Under the pieces are notes generated by a model. The model ran no database searches. It had not been told where the DNA came from and saw only the letters and a list, made by a program, of their open reading frames with translations. The position numbers and the translations under genes are program-made. Positions 30,248-40,435 of a DNA stretch of 64,000 nucleotides are shown piece after piece. Each line of letters starts with the position of its first letter. The first letter of the stretch is position 1. Source of the stretch: Clostridia bacterium (GTDB taxonomy: Bacteria > Bacillota > Clostridia > TANB77 > CAG-465); assembly GCA_045651205.1 (NCBI GenBank), contig JAZRSA010000020.1, forward strand, positions 8,214-72,213. Reading direction: 5' to 3'.

Positions 30248-31756
30248 ATGCAAAAGAAAAAGGGTATATCTTTAATAGTATTAGTAATAACAATAATAGT
30301 AATGATAATTTTGGCAGCAGCTGTAGTAATTTCATTAACTAATACAGAGATAATAAATAGAGCAAGTGATGCTGTGTCGTTAATCGAACAAAAAGAGTTT
30401 GAAAATTCGTGTACGTTAGAATTACAAATATTAGGTTGGAAACCAGGAGAGGGTATCGATAAGTATAAAGAACAGTTAGAAAAAGAATTAGGCGTAACAG
30501 TTACAAGCTCAGGAGATAAACATGTAATAAAAAAAGAACATTTAACTATGACAATTTTTAATTCTGGACAAGTATCTGAAGGAGAAGTGAAATCGTGGGA
30601 TGGAATTACTTGTGATACATCTTGGTACGATGATTCTAAAAGCGAATTTGTATTGACTTCGCCAGAACAGTTGGCAGGATTATCACAGTTAATTGTAGAT
30701 GGTTGGTCATTCTATGGAAAAACTGTTAAATTAGGAGCGGATATTGATTTAAATAATCAACAATGGAGACCGATAGGAAGCCAAGTCTATTATTATGGGG
30801 ATTTTGATGGCCAAAATCATACTATATATAATTTGAAAAGTGATAATCAAAGTTATGTTGGATTGTTTGGATTGTTAGCAAGTTCAAAAATAACGAACGT
30901 AAACATACATAATGTTAGCATAACTAATTCTTATTATGCGGGTGCTATAGCAGGATATGCTACAGGAACAGTAATAGTAGAAAATGTAAAGCTTACAGGA
31001 AAAGTAGATATAAATGGCTACTATTATATAGGAGGTATAATAGGCTATATTCAAGAAACACCAACAATAAAAAACATTCTATTAGACGGGAATATTAATA
31101 TAAGTACAACTTATGCAGGTGGAGGCATATTAGGATATGCTCAAGGAAAAACATTGATAGATGGGATAGAAGTTAAAGGAATATTAAAAGCAGTAGGACC
31201 ACAATATATGGGCGGTGTATCTGGATACATTGTTGGTCAACCAACGATAAAAAATGTTAAAATTTTAGTTGAAGAAGAAAGCTTTATTAATGGGACTACA
31301 ATAGATGGGATAAACAATTCTGGTGGTATTGTAGGAAATTGCACAGGAACCTTTATAGAACCAAATATTAATTTTGCAATTATAGAAAACTGCGATGTAA
31401 ACATAAATGTAATTATAGCAAGAGCGGGAGCAGGTGGAATTGCTGGATTTGTGGATGCGGCAAAGATTATTAATTGTGAGTATACCGGAACAGTAATATT
31501 AGATTCTATATACGATTTTCAAGAATATTTGTCTATTGGAGGTATAGCCGGTTATGCATGTAACTCAAATGATGTAAATAATGTAACTATAGAAAAATGT
31601 AAATTCAATGGCGAATTAAAATATATTTTTGAAGGCCAAGAAAAAGAAGATGTAGATTATCTAAATAGTGGAATCGCTGGAGGAGATAGAAGTTATAGTT
31701 CTCAAAATTTAACAATAATAGATTCGTATGTTAATGATGTTAAAGTAACAAAATAA
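30248..31756 (+). CDS. Secreted/surface protein with pilin-like N-terminal hydrophobic segment and GLUG-motif repeats
   Basis: ATG at 30248 after AAAGGAGGT. N-terminus MQKKKGISLIVLVITIIVMIILAAAVV. There are at least 6 repeats carrying GG(I/V)xG(Y/F/N), for example GGIIGYI, GGILGYA, GGVSGYI, GGIVGNC, GGIAGFV and GGIAGYA. Confidence 0.65.
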   Translation: MQKKKGISLIVLVITIIVMIILAAAVVISLTNTEIINRASDAVSLIEQKEFENSCTLELQILGWKPGEGIDKYKEQLEKELGVTVTSSGDKHVIKKEHLTMTIFNSGQVSEGEVKSWDGITCDTSWYDDSKSEFVLTSPEQLAGLSQLIVDGWSFYGKTVKLGADIDLNNQQWRPIGSQVYYYGDFDGQNHTIYNLKSDNQSYVGLFGLLASSKITNVNIHNVSITNSYYAGAIAGYATGTVIVENVKLTGKVDINGYYYIGGIIGYIQETPTIKNILLDGNINISTTYAGGGILGYAQGKTLIDGIEVKGILKAVGPQYMGGVSGYIVGQPTIKNVKILVEEESFINGTTIDGINNSGGIVGNCTGTFIEPNINFAIIENCDVNINVIIARAGAGGIAGFVDAAKIINCEYTGTVILDSIYDFQEYLSIGGIAGYACNSNDVNNVTIEKCKFNGELKYIFEGQEKEDVDYLNSGIAGGDRSYSSQNLTIIDSYVNDVKVTK

Positions 31757-31769
31757 TAAATAAACACGC

Positions 31770-31797
31770 AAAAAGCACCAAATTAATGGTGCTTTTT
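31770..31797. terminator. Bidirectional terminator
   Basis: AAAAAGCACCA-AATTA-ATGGTGCTTTTT. Confidence 0.85.
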
Positions 31798-31820
31798 GTT
31801 GTTAGTTTGAGAATTTTGTA

Positions 31821-32186
31821 TTACTTCGCGTGAAGGTCTGTAAGTGTAAGGGCGGTGCAGACATCGGTGTTCTTTTCTCTAGGAATAACAATAGAGAAAT
31901 CTTTGCAACCGGTAATGTCTACGGAAAACTCCTTTTCCTTGAGATAACGGTAACCTACAAACTTCTTCTTTCCATCTGCTTTAGTAAATTCAAAGTAGCA
32001 GTCAATTTCAAGATTCGAGATGAATCTGAAGGTGAGAGTTTCATAGTCGTTATCGTTTACGAAGGTGAAAATGTATTCCTTGTTCCGGATACATCTTGAG
32101 AAGTTAATAAGCAGCGTGTCACTTACGCCAAAATCCAGTTCTACGGGTTTATCTCCGTTAAACATAAGTTGTAGTTTTTGATCCAT
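31821..32186 (-). CDS. Hypothetical 121-aa protein (GC-richer orphan)
   Basis: GGAGGT lies upstream of the ATG and a terminator lies downstream. No family recognised. Confidence 0.5.
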   Translation of the reverse strand: MDQKLQLMFNGDKPVELDFGVSDTLLINFSRCIRNKEYIFTFVNDNDYETLTFRFISNLEIDCYFEFTKADGKKKFVGYRYLKEKEFSVDITGCKDFSIVIPREKNTDVCTALTLTDLHAK

Positions 32187-32329
32187 TCTTTATTACCTCC
32201 AATTGTTTGTAATCTTAGTTTTTTACTACAATACTTAGTATATCATAGATGTGTATTTATGTCAACTTAAATAAAGTGCTTGCAAAATGAATAAGATAGT
32301 AGTAAAATAATTGTTATGAGGTGATAATT

Positions 32330-32893
32330 TTGTCTAGAACTGCTACAGCAAGAAATATTCGTGGTGAAAAGATAATGGAATATTTAGAAAAGAATCCATT
32401 AGCTACTGATGAAATACTTGCTAAGACATTTAAAGTTAGCATAAATACAATAAGATTAGATAGAGCAAGACTTGGTATAAAAGAGTTTAAAGAAAGACTT
32501 AAAAACAAAGCAGAAGAAACTATGAAGCATGTAACTTCAATTTCTCCGGCAGAGTTTATTGGAGATATGATTAACTTCACGCCAAGTGTAGGAGCTGTTT
32601 CAAGATTAGAAACTACAAAGGATATGACATTTGAAGGTATGAATGTTGTAAAAGGACAATATATATATTCTTTTGCAGAGTCTATGGCTATTTCTCTAAT
32701 ACCAACCAAAGCAGCGTTAGTTGGAGTAGCAAATATTAAATATGTAGAAAAGATTGAGGCAGATACAGTAATATATGCTCATGCTGAAATGAGAAAGAAA
32801 ACAGCGAGTGGATATATAGTTTGGGTTAGAATCCTAGATGAAAACGATTCACTTAAATTTAAAGGAAAATTCATATTGAAAGGAATAGTATAA
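32330..32893 (+). CDS. fapR: Fatty acid/phospholipid biosynthesis transcriptional repressor FapR
   Basis: N-terminal HTH ...DEILAKTFKVSINTIRLDRARLGI closely resembles B. subtilis FapR (DEELAGKFGVSIQTIRLDR). Hot-dog C-terminus. Sits directly upstream of plsX. TTG start at 32330 after GAGGTGA; the track start is GTG at 32321. Confidence 0.85.
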   Translation: MSRTATARNIRGEKIMEYLEKNPLATDEILAKTFKVSINTIRLDRARLGIKEFKERLKNKAEETMKHVTSISPAEFIGDMINFTPSVGAVSRLETTKDMTFEGMNVVKGQYIYSFAESMAISLIPTKAALVGVANIKYVEKIEADTVIYAHAEMRKKTASGYIVWVRILDENDSLKFKGKFILKGIV

Positions 32894-33897
32894 TGGAAAT
32901 ATTAGTAGATATAAACGGAAGCGATAATGGAATAGATGAAGCAATAAGAGGCGTTGTAAACTCTGTTGGTAAAACAAAAGCAAAACTAACTATGGTTGGT
33001 GATGAAGCTAAAATTAAAGATTTTATTAAAGGTGAATATTTATCTAAGGCAGATAATATATTAAAGAATATATCAATACTTGATGCTAAAGATGCTATAA
33101 CTAACTTTGATGATCCTGCATTTGCAATTAAGCATAAAAAGGAATCTAGTATAGTTAAAGCATATGACTATATGAAAGAAAAAGAAAATACATTATTCTT
33201 ATCTGCGGGTAGTACAGGAGCAGTTATGGCCGGTGGACTTCTTAAATTAAAAAGAATAGAAGGAATACACAGACCAGCGCTTGCAACAGTTCTTCCAACG
33301 GTAGATGGAACAGGTGTTGTGCTTTTAGACTGTGGTGCAAACGTAACAGCAGCAGGAGTATCTTTAGTGCAATTTGCTAAAATGGGTATGGTATACTGCA
33401 AAGAAGTATTAAAGAAAGATAAAATAAGAGTTGCGATGTTAAACATTGGAACTGAAGATAAAAAGGGTTCTCCAGACTTAAAAGAAGCTTACCAATCTTT
33501 AATGGATGAATGCCCAGAATTTGTTGGTAATATTGAAGCTAGAGAAATACTATCTGGCGATGCAGATGTAGTTGTAGCAAATGGTCTTATGGGAAATGTT
33601 GCCCTAAAATCTATTGAAGGAACAGCTAAGATTATGAAAAACGCACTTATGTCTGAGTTTAAAAAGAATGTATTTAATAAACTTAAAGCAGCAAGCTCAG
33701 TTGGATTAATTAAAAAAGCGTTATATAAATATGACTATACTAAGTATGGCGGAGCAGTACTTTTAGGAATTAGAAAGCCAGTAATTAAAATACATGGTAA
33801 TGCAAAAGCACAAAATTATGAAGCAGCTATACTTCAAGCAGATACTGTTTTAGAGCAAAAATTAGTTAGAAAATTGTCAGAAAAAATTACTAAGTAA
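32893..33897 (+). CDS. plsX: Phosphate acyltransferase PlsX
   Basis: 334 aa with fapR-plsX-acpP synteny and typical PlsX length and motifs (GSTGA, HGxAK-like IHGNAKA). Confidence 0.92.
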   Translation: MEILVDINGSDNGIDEAIRGVVNSVGKTKAKLTMVGDEAKIKDFIKGEYLSKADNILKNISILDAKDAITNFDDPAFAIKHKKESSIVKAYDYMKEKENTLFLSAGSTGAVMAGGLLKLKRIEGIHRPALATVLPTVDGTGVVLLDCGANVTAAGVSLVQFAKMGMVYCKEVLKKDKIRVAMLNIGTEDKKGSPDLKEAYQSLMDECPEFVGNIEAREILSGDADVVVANGLMGNVALKSIEGTAKIMKNALMSEFKKNVFNKLKAASSVGLIKKALYKYDYTKYGGAVLLGIRKPVIKIHGNAKAQNYEAAILQADTVLEQKLVRKLSEKITK

Positions 33898-33970
33898 TAA
33901 TAAAACTATTGACAACAGTATAAAAATAATAGATAATACACATATAAGCTTTAACATGGAGGTGAATAAA

Positions 33971-34207
33971 GTGGATAATGTTTTTGAAAAAGTAAGAGAA
34001 GTAATAATGGAACAATTAGGAATAGAAGATGAAAGTAGTATAACAACAGCTACCACATTTATTGATGATTTAGGAGCAGATTCTTTAGATGTTGTTGAAT
34101 TAATAATGGCATTAGAAGAAGAATTCGGTATTGAAGTACCAGAAGTTGAAGCTGAGAAAATCGTATCAGTTGGTGACGTGGTTGAATATATTAAATCAGT
34201 AGTCTAA
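33971..34207 (+). CDS. acpP: Acyl carrier protein
   Basis: [21 protein letters not shown], containing the phosphopantetheine-attachment Ser. GTG at 33971 has GGAGGTG 7 nt upstream; the track start is ATG at 33956. Promoter TTGACA-17-GATAAT upstream. Confidence 0.93.
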   Translation: MDNVFEKVREVIMEQLGIEDESSITTATTFIDDLGADSLDVVELIMALEEEFGIEVPEVEAEKIVSVGDVVEYIKSVV

Positions 34208-34224
34208 TATAAATAGAAAATGTA

Positions 34225-34255
34225 AATAACAGTACATAGTACTGTTATTTTTTTC
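34225..34255 (+). terminator. Terminator after acpP
   Basis: AAATAACAGTAC-ATAG-TACTGTTATTT followed by TTTTT. Confidence 0.85.
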
Positions 34256-34289
34256 TTTTTTATGGTAAAATATTAATTGGAGTGATTAT

Positions 34290-34982
34290 ATGCTAAGTTT
34301 AATAGATATAGAAAAGAAAATAGGATATGTATTTAAGAATAAAGAGCTTCTTAAGACTGCTCTTACACATAAGTCTTATGCTTATGAAAGAACGGGAGAA
34401 GATATAACTAAATACAATGAAAGATTAGAATTTTTAGGAGATGCAATACTAGAACATATTGTGTCAATCTATTTATATAATGTTGAGCCTAAATTAAAAG
34501 AAGGTGTAATGAGCAAGAAACGTGCAGAAATTGTATGTGAAGCATCACTTAGCAGAATAATACGTGAAAGAAATTTAGCAAGGGATATTCGTCTAGGTAA
34601 GTGTGAAATAAACACAGGTGGAAACAAGAAAGATGCAATACTTGCAGATATGTTTGAAGCGATACTTGGAGCTGTATATTTAGATGCAGGTTATGATGAA
34701 GCAAACAGAGTATGCCTGGATATGATAAAAAGTACAATAGACTATGTTGTATCTAAAGAAGACACTTTAGACTACAAGACAAGGCTTCAAGAAATACTTC
34801 AAAGAAACGGTAATGTAAAAATAGAATATGTACTGGAAAAAGAACAAGGAAAAGACCATGCAAAAATGTTCTTTAGTGCAGTATATTTTAATGATAAGAA
34901 AATAGGAGAAGGTAGTGGAAAAACAAAGAAACTGTCAGAACAAAATGCAGCAAAACAAGCCATTGAAAAAATTAAAGATTAA
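34290..34982 (+). CDS. rnc: Ribonuclease III
   Basis: Signature ERLEFLGDAILE and a C-terminal dsRBD (SGKTKKLSEQNAAKQAI). Confidence 0.95.
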   Translation: MLSLIDIEKKIGYVFKNKELLKTALTHKSYAYERTGEDITKYNERLEFLGDAILEHIVSIYLYNVEPKLKEGVMSKKRAEIVCEASLSRIIRERNLARDIRLGKCEINTGGNKKDAILADMFEAILGAVYLDAGYDEANRVCLDMIKSTIDYVVSKEDTLDYKTRLQEILQRNGNVKIEYVLEKEQGKDHAKMFFSAVYFNDKKIGEGSGKTKKLSEQNAAKQAIEKIKD

Positions 34983-35028
34983 GCTTAATCTAAAAAAAGA
35001 ATTAGGACTGCATATTAAAAAAGATAAT

Positions 35029-35994
35029 ATGTACATAATCCCAATCTTTATACCACATAGAGGTTGCAAAAATGAATGCGTTTTCTGTAATCAAAGAAAG
35101 ATTAGCGGAGAAACAAGAGATGTTACAGAGCAAGATGTAAGAAATGAAATAGAAAAATATCTTGAAATGTATAAAGATAAATCTAAAACTAAACAAATAG
35201 CATTCTTTGGAGGAAGCTTTACAGGTCTTGAAATGGAAGATCAAGTAAGATTCTTAAAAGTTGCAAATGAATATATAGAAAAAGGATTGGTTAAAGATAT
35301 TAGAATTTCAACAAGACCAGATTATATTAGCGAGTTAATTCTAAAAATACTTAAAGGATACAATGTATCTGTAATTGAACTTGGGGTTCAATCTATGGAT
35401 GATGAAGTGTTGCTTAAGGCTAAACGTGGACATACAGCAGAAGACGTCGTTAAAGCGTCAAATTTAATTAACAAATATGGTTTTGAGTTAGGACATCAAG
35501 TAATGGTTGGACTTCCAGAAAGTACATTAGAAAAAGAACTTGAAACGGTAAGAAAAAGTATAGAGTTAAAACCTAAAATGGTTAGAATATATCCTGTGTA
35601 TGTACTTAAAGAAAGTAAACTTTGGGATATGTATAAAGCTGGAGAATATAAACCATTAGAAGTAGAAGATGCGGTTAAAAGAGCAAGTGCTATGTATGAA
35701 GAATATATTAAGCATAATATTAAAGTTATTAGAATAGGCCTTCAAACAACTGAAGAAATTAACTCTAAAAACGAGGATATAAAAGGACCAGTAACAGACA
35801 ATTATAAAGAACAAGTATTGTCTAATATAGCTAAAAACTATACATTAGAAAAAATAAATAAGGCAAAAGATAATAGAGAAATAATAATAAAAGTGCCTGA
35901 GTCACAAATAAATTATGTCGTTGGTGCTAAGAAATCTAATATATCACAGTACGAAAGTGGATATAGTGGAAAAGTTAGAGTAAAAATTAAATAA
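35029..35994 (+). CDS. Radical SAM protein (ELP3-like family commonly found downstream of rnc in Clostridia)
   Basis: The start MYIIPIFIPHRGCKNECVFCNQ contains a CxxxCxxC cluster. The track ORF 34915.. overlaps rnc and is an extension. Confidence 0.8.
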   Translation: MYIIPIFIPHRGCKNECVFCNQRKISGETRDVTEQDVRNEIEKYLEMYKDKSKTKQIAFFGGSFTGLEMEDQVRFLKVANEYIEKGLVKDIRISTRPDYISELILKILKGYNVSVIELGVQSMDDEVLLKAKRGHTAEDVVKASNLINKYGFELGHQVMVGLPESTLEKELETVRKSIELKPKMVRIYPVYVLKESKLWDMYKAGEYKPLEVEDAVKRASAMYEEYIKHNIKVIRIGLQTTEEINSKNEDIKGPVTDNYKEQVLSNIAKNYTLEKINKAKDNREIIIKVPESQINYVVGAKKSNISQYESGYSGKVRVKIK

Positions 35995-36148
35995 ATTAAG
36001 AAAAGTATTATAGAATATAGCACTTTTCTTTTTAGTTTTAATGCTCTAAGTTATACTCTTTTAGGTGCTGTATAAATTGTGCATTTTCCATTGATTTTTG
36101 AAAAAAGTTAATATATAATGGGGGTATATATAGTAAAAGGGGAAACTT

Positions 36149-37390
36149 ATGGACAAACCACTTGCGTTTAGAATGAAACCAACAACGCTAGAAGAGTTCT
36201 ATGGACAAGAACATATCGTGGGTAAAGATAAGTTGTTATATAGATTAATTAAAGCAGATAGGTTAACATCTGTAATATTTTGGGGACCACCTGGATGTGG
36301 TAAAACATCGCTTGCTAGGGTAATAGCGAATACTACAAAATATAACTTTGTTGAACTAAATGCAACTTCTGCGGGAGTATCAGATATTAAGAAAATAGCA
36401 GAAGACAATAGCAACATGTTCTTTAATCCAAGCGGGAAAACAATAGTGTTTATTGATGAAATACACAGATTTAATAAGTTGCAACAAGACGCTCTTCTAC
36501 CAATGGTAGAAAAAGGAACAATTATATTAATTGGCGCAACAACTGAAAATCCATATTTTGAAGTAAATAAAGCTTTGGTTTCAAGATCAACAATATTTAA
36601 ATTAGAACCGTTAACTACTGAGGCAGTAGAAGATATAATCAGGTCTACTTTAAGTAATAAAGAGAATGGACTTGGAAGTTATAAAATAAATATAGACGAT
36701 GATGCTATAGGATTTTTAGCAAGAACTACAGAAGGTGATGTGAGAACTGCCTTGAACGCATTAGAACTTGCGGTTATAAGTTCAGAACTAGAAGCCGATG
36801 GTAGCGTTAAAGTAACAGCAGAAATACTAGAAGAATGTCTTCAAAGTAGAAAACTGTACTATGATAAAAATTCAGAAGTACATTATGATACAATTTCAGC
36901 GTTTATTAAATCAATGCGCGGAAGTGATGCGAATGCTGCAATACACTATTTAGCAAGAATGCTTGAAGCAGGAGAAGATCCTATGTTTATTGCTAGAAGA
37001 ATAGTAATATGTGCGGCTGAAGATGTAGGCTTAGCAAATCCAAATGCGTTAGTGGTAGCAAATGCTGCAATGCAAGCAGTACATCAAGTAGGAATGCCAG
37101 AAGCAAGAATTATTCTTGCAGAAGCAGTATGCGTAGTTGCTAATTCAAGAAAATCTAATAGTGCATATTTAGCTATAAATAATGCAATAGAAGATGTGCA
37201 TAATATGGATGTTGGTGAAGTGCCAATGCATATTAGAAATGCACCAGTAAAAGAAATGGAAAAGGATGGATATCACGTTGGATATAAGTATCCACATGAT
37301 TATCCAGGAGGAATAGTAGAGCAACAATATTTACCTGATGAAATTAAGGACAAAAAATACTATATTCCTAAAGAATGGGAGGTTAGATAG
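36149..37390 (+). CDS. rarA: Replication-associated recombination protein A (RarA/MgsA AAA+ ATPase)
   Basis: LAFRMKPTTLEEFYGQEHI, Walker A GPPGCGKTS, FIDEIHRFNK, and the C-terminal MgsA domain (HYDTISAFIKSMRGSD). Confidence 0.93.
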   Translation: MDKPLAFRMKPTTLEEFYGQEHIVGKDKLLYRLIKADRLTSVIFWGPPGCGKTSLARVIANTTKYNFVELNATSAGVSDIKKIAEDNSNMFFNPSGKTIVFIDEIHRFNKLQQDALLPMVEKGTIILIGATTENPYFEVNKALVSRSTIFKLEPLTTEAVEDIIRSTLSNKENGLGSYKINIDDDAIGFLARTTEGDVRTALNALELAVISSELEADGSVKVTAEILEECLQSRKLYYDKNSEVHYDTISAFIKSMRGSDANAAIHYLARMLEAGEDPMFIARRIVICAAEDVGLANPNALVVANAAMQAVHQVGMPEARIILAEAVCVVANSRKSNSAYLAINNAIEDVHNMDVGEVPMHIRNAPVKEMEKDGYHVGYKYPHDYPGGIVEQQYLPDEIKDKKYYIPKEWEVR

Positions 37391-38574
37391 TGTCAAGAAA
37401 AGATAAAAGAGAAGAAAATAAGAAGCACGAATCTATGCCTAAAAAGAAAATAACAATAAAACTACCAGAATTTAAAGGATTTTCTAAAAAGCAAATTATA
37501 TGTGCAATAGTAGTTGCAACAGTACTTCTTTTAATACTTTGCATTATGAATTATTCTGATATAGGATTAGTTTTTAATAAAAATATAACAGATGAAGATG
37601 TTACAGTAGTGGATTTGATTGGTTCAAACAATAAAATCTATTCGTATTATAATGAAGTTTTAATCGCAGATTCAACTGGAATGGCTACATATAATAAATA
37701 CGGCAGAAAAACATGGGAACTAGATATGCAAGGGGCGATAGATACAAAAATTGCAACTGCCGGAAAATATCTTCAAGTTATTAATTCTGATAAATCTACT
37801 GTATATATATTTAATGATAAGTACGAAACTGCTCAGATAAGAGTTGAAGGTAAGATATTATATGGGACAATCAACACTAAGGGCGACAGTGTGATTGAAT
37901 ATGAAGCTTCGGGAAATAAAACAGTTCTTTCTATTTATGATAAAAATGGGAAGATTAAATATAATGTGAAGTTAAGTAATAATACTATAGCCCAATATGT
38001 TTTATCAAATGATTCAACAAAATTAGCATACGTAGATGTAAATATAAATGGAATAAGTGCAACATCTTCTGTGCAACTAGTGAATTTAAAAGAAAAGACT
38101 GAGGAGTTAAAAGTTGAACAAATTGCTTTAGAAGAAAATACATTAATATATGAATTAGATTTTTCAGGTAACAATTTAGTTTATAGGACAGATAAAAATG
38201 TTGTCTCAATAAATATGAAATCGAAAAAACAAAAAATAAGTAGTATAGAGCAAGAAGGAATTGTTTCACAAGATTTAAATAAAAACAAATATTCATATGT
38301 CGAATTTGAAAACGGTAAGTATTTTCTTGGAATAAAAACAATAGGTGGTAAAGACAAAAAAGAAGTAGAAATAGAAGAATTACCTAAACATTTTATTTAT
38401 ATAGAAGATAAAGTGTATGTATGCTTCCAAAAAGAAATGTATATATACAATAATTTTAAAAGACAAATAAAAAAATATGAAAGTGATATGGTTATAACAA
38501 AACCAGTTATTTTAGGTGAAGGAAATAACATAGCGTTTCTTGTTTCAAATAAATTAATAATTTATACAATATAA
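37390..38574 (+). CDS. Hypothetical membrane-anchored protein with beta-rich ectodomain
   Basis: GTG start overlapping the rarA stop. Basic N-terminus, one TM helix (IICAIVVATVLLLILCIM), then a repetitive beta-strand-like sequence. Confidence 0.55.
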   Translation: MSRKDKREENKKHESMPKKKITIKLPEFKGFSKKQIICAIVVATVLLLILCIMNYSDIGLVFNKNITDEDVTVVDLIGSNNKIYSYYNEVLIADSTGMATYNKYGRKTWELDMQGAIDTKIATAGKYLQVINSDKSTVYIFNDKYETAQIRVEGKILYGTINTKGDSVIEYEASGNKTVLSIYDKNGKIKYNVKLSNNTIAQYVLSNDSTKLAYVDVNINGISATSSVQLVNLKEKTEELKVEQIALEENTLIYELDFSGNNLVYRTDKNVVSINMKSKKQKISSIEQEGIVSQDLNKNKYSYVEFENGKYFLGIKTIGGKDKKEVEIEELPKHFIYIEDKVYVCFQKEMYIYNNFKRQIKKYESDMVITKPVILGEGNNIAFLVSNKLIIYTI

Positions 38575-38589
38575 GGGGGAATATATAAA

Positions 38590-39264
38590 ATGATAATTGA
38601 TATAGTTATAGTAGCATTATTTTTAGGCGCAGCTGCTATAGGATACAATAAAGGTGGACTTAAACTTATAGCAAGTTTTGGAACATTTATAATAGCGTTT
38701 GTTGCAGCTTACTTATTAGCTGATACAACAGGTGCGGCATTAAAGAAAACAGAAATAGGTGCGATGGCGGCTAAGACTGTAAGAACTTCGCTAGTTGAAG
38801 TATTTGATTTAACAAAAGGTGAAGGTCCGGTTGCAGATGCTTTAGGAGACATAGCATCTAATATGCCAATAGGTGGAGATATAGTAGGAAAGCTAGTAAA
38901 AAAAATAAATAAAGAATTACAAGCTAGCAGTGCTGCTTTAGCAAACAAGGTTGTAAAATATTTATTTGTTGGTATAGGCTTTATGGTTGTGTTTATAACA
39001 GCTAAATTAGTACTAAGTGTAGCATTCTTTATATTAGAATTAATATTTGAATTGCCGTTGTTGAAAGAAATGAATAAACTGGCTGGACTTGCAATTGAAA
39101 GTGGGTTTATGCTTATAAAAATATGGATGGTATTTGGTCTATTAAGTTTCATGTCACCAATAGATTTTATGGCAAAAACAATTAGATTATTAAATGATAC
39201 AGTGCTAGCCAAAATGATATATGATAACAACTGGTTATTATCATTTATAATAAGCATATTATAG
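38590..39264 (+). CDS. cvpA: CvpA-family membrane protein
   Basis: N-terminus IIDIVIVALFLGAAAIGYNKGGLK, four hydrophobic helices, 224 aa. Confidence 0.7.
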   Translation: MIIDIVIVALFLGAAAIGYNKGGLKLIASFGTFIIAFVAAYLLADTTGAALKKTEIGAMAAKTVRTSLVEVFDLTKGEGPVADALGDIASNMPIGGDIVGKLVKKINKELQASSAALANKVVKYLFVGIGFMVVFITAKLVLSVAFFILELIFELPLLKEMNKLAGLAIESGFMLIKIWMVFGLLSFMSPIDFMAKTIRLLNDTVLAKMIYDNNWLLSFIISIL

Positions 39265-39273
39265 TAATAAGGA

Positions 39274-40242
39274 ATGATGAATTTGAAAAAGAAGAAACGT
39301 ACATTATGTGCAAAAATAACAAGATTTTGTACATGTATAACAATAATATCAGTAATTGCATGGGTAGCGCTTTTCAACATAAATAATATGTTGGGCGCTA
39401 CAAGCGCATCAGCTGGAAAGCCAGAAGATGAACTGTTTAAGTATTCTAATGAACCTAAAAAAGATAATGTATCATTACTTTTTGCTGGTGTAGATAAAGA
39501 TGGGCTTAGAACAGATAGTATAATCTATGCAAAATATGATACAGTCAATAATAAGTTATATATGATGTCTATTCCAAGAGATACATATACAGATCATAAG
39601 TATGCTACCAACAAGATAAATACTATTTATCGTGGAGGAAAGTATACAGATGAGTTTGTGGGCGAAATAGAAGAACTTTTAGATGTAAATATAGATTATT
39701 ACGCTGTAATAAACTTAAAGGTTGTATCAGACGTTGTGGATGCTATAGGCGGTATAAATATTACACTAGAAGAAGATGTCTGGAAATTAGATAAAAAAAC
39801 AGGGAAGTGGAATTTGGAATTTCCAAAAGGCGAACAAACATTAAATGCAAAACAAGTTGAAACTTTGATTAGAAATAGAGATTACAAAGACGGAGATTTA
39901 TCTAGAGGTAAAATGCAAAGAAATGTTATAACAGCATTAATTAAGAATTTAGTTTCTACAAAGACTCTTATGAAAATGATGGATATTAAAGATATTGTAT
40001 TAAACAATACAAATACAAATCTGACTGTAAGAGAAGGTATGAAATATTTAAGTGAAATTAAAGAGGTAGATCTTAAGAATGTTGTTTCTACAAATATGCC
40101 GCTTTTAGATATAAACTATGTTGTTGACGGAACAGCTTGCGTACTTGTGAATAAAGAAAAAGCAAGAAAAATAATTAAAGAAGAATGGGTGTATACACCT
40201 GAAGAAACAAATAGTGAAACTTCAAATAATGAGCAAAATTAA
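39274..40242 (+). CDS. LytR-CpsA-Psr (LCP) family cell-wall glycopolymer transferase
   Basis: N-terminal TM helix, then GVDKDGLRTDSIIYA...SIPRDTY...INTIY, typical of the LCP domain. Confidence 0.85.
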   Translation: MMNLKKKKRTLCAKITRFCTCITIISVIAWVALFNINNMLGATSASAGKPEDELFKYSNEPKKDNVSLLFAGVDKDGLRTDSIIYAKYDTVNNKLYMMSIPRDTYTDHKYATNKINTIYRGGKYTDEFVGEIEELLDVNIDYYAVINLKVVSDVVDAIGGINITLEEDVWKLDKKTGKWNLEFPKGEQTLNAKQVETLIRNRDYKDGDLSRGKMQRNVITALIKNLVSTKTLMKMMDIKDIVLNNTNTNLTVREGMKYLSEIKEVDLKNVVSTNMPLLDINYVVDGTACVLVNKEKARKIIKEEWVYTPEETNSETSNNEQN

Positions 40243-40348
40243 ATTGCTCATTATTTTTATATTAATATATAGAGAATTGTATTAAAAACTGTTGAAAAAA
40301 ACAAAAAGTTATGTTATACTAATTGGGTCACGTATGTGATAATACACA

Positions 40349-40406
40349 CACAAACAAAGTCTATAGCCCTTCCTCGAAAGAGGTCATATAGATGCCAAAG
40401 TTTGTG
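40349..40406 (+). promoter_or_regulatory. Structured 5'UTR of rpsB (long imperfect hairpin with GAAA tetraloop)
   Basis: Pairings are CACAAAC/GTTTGTG, TCTATA/TATAGA, and CCTC-GAAA-GAGG. It lies downstream of promoter TTGAAA-17-TATACT. Confidence 0.45.
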
Positions 40407-40435
40407 GAGGAAATTTAAAAAGGAGGAAAAGTAAA

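Noticed and set aside
32225-32260. A TTAGT-N5-ACTA-like sequence upstream of fapR, considered as a FapR operator.
   Set aside because: The half-sites are imperfect, and it lies about 50 nt upstream of the -35 instead of overlapping the promoter. I cannot support it without a genome-wide motif search.
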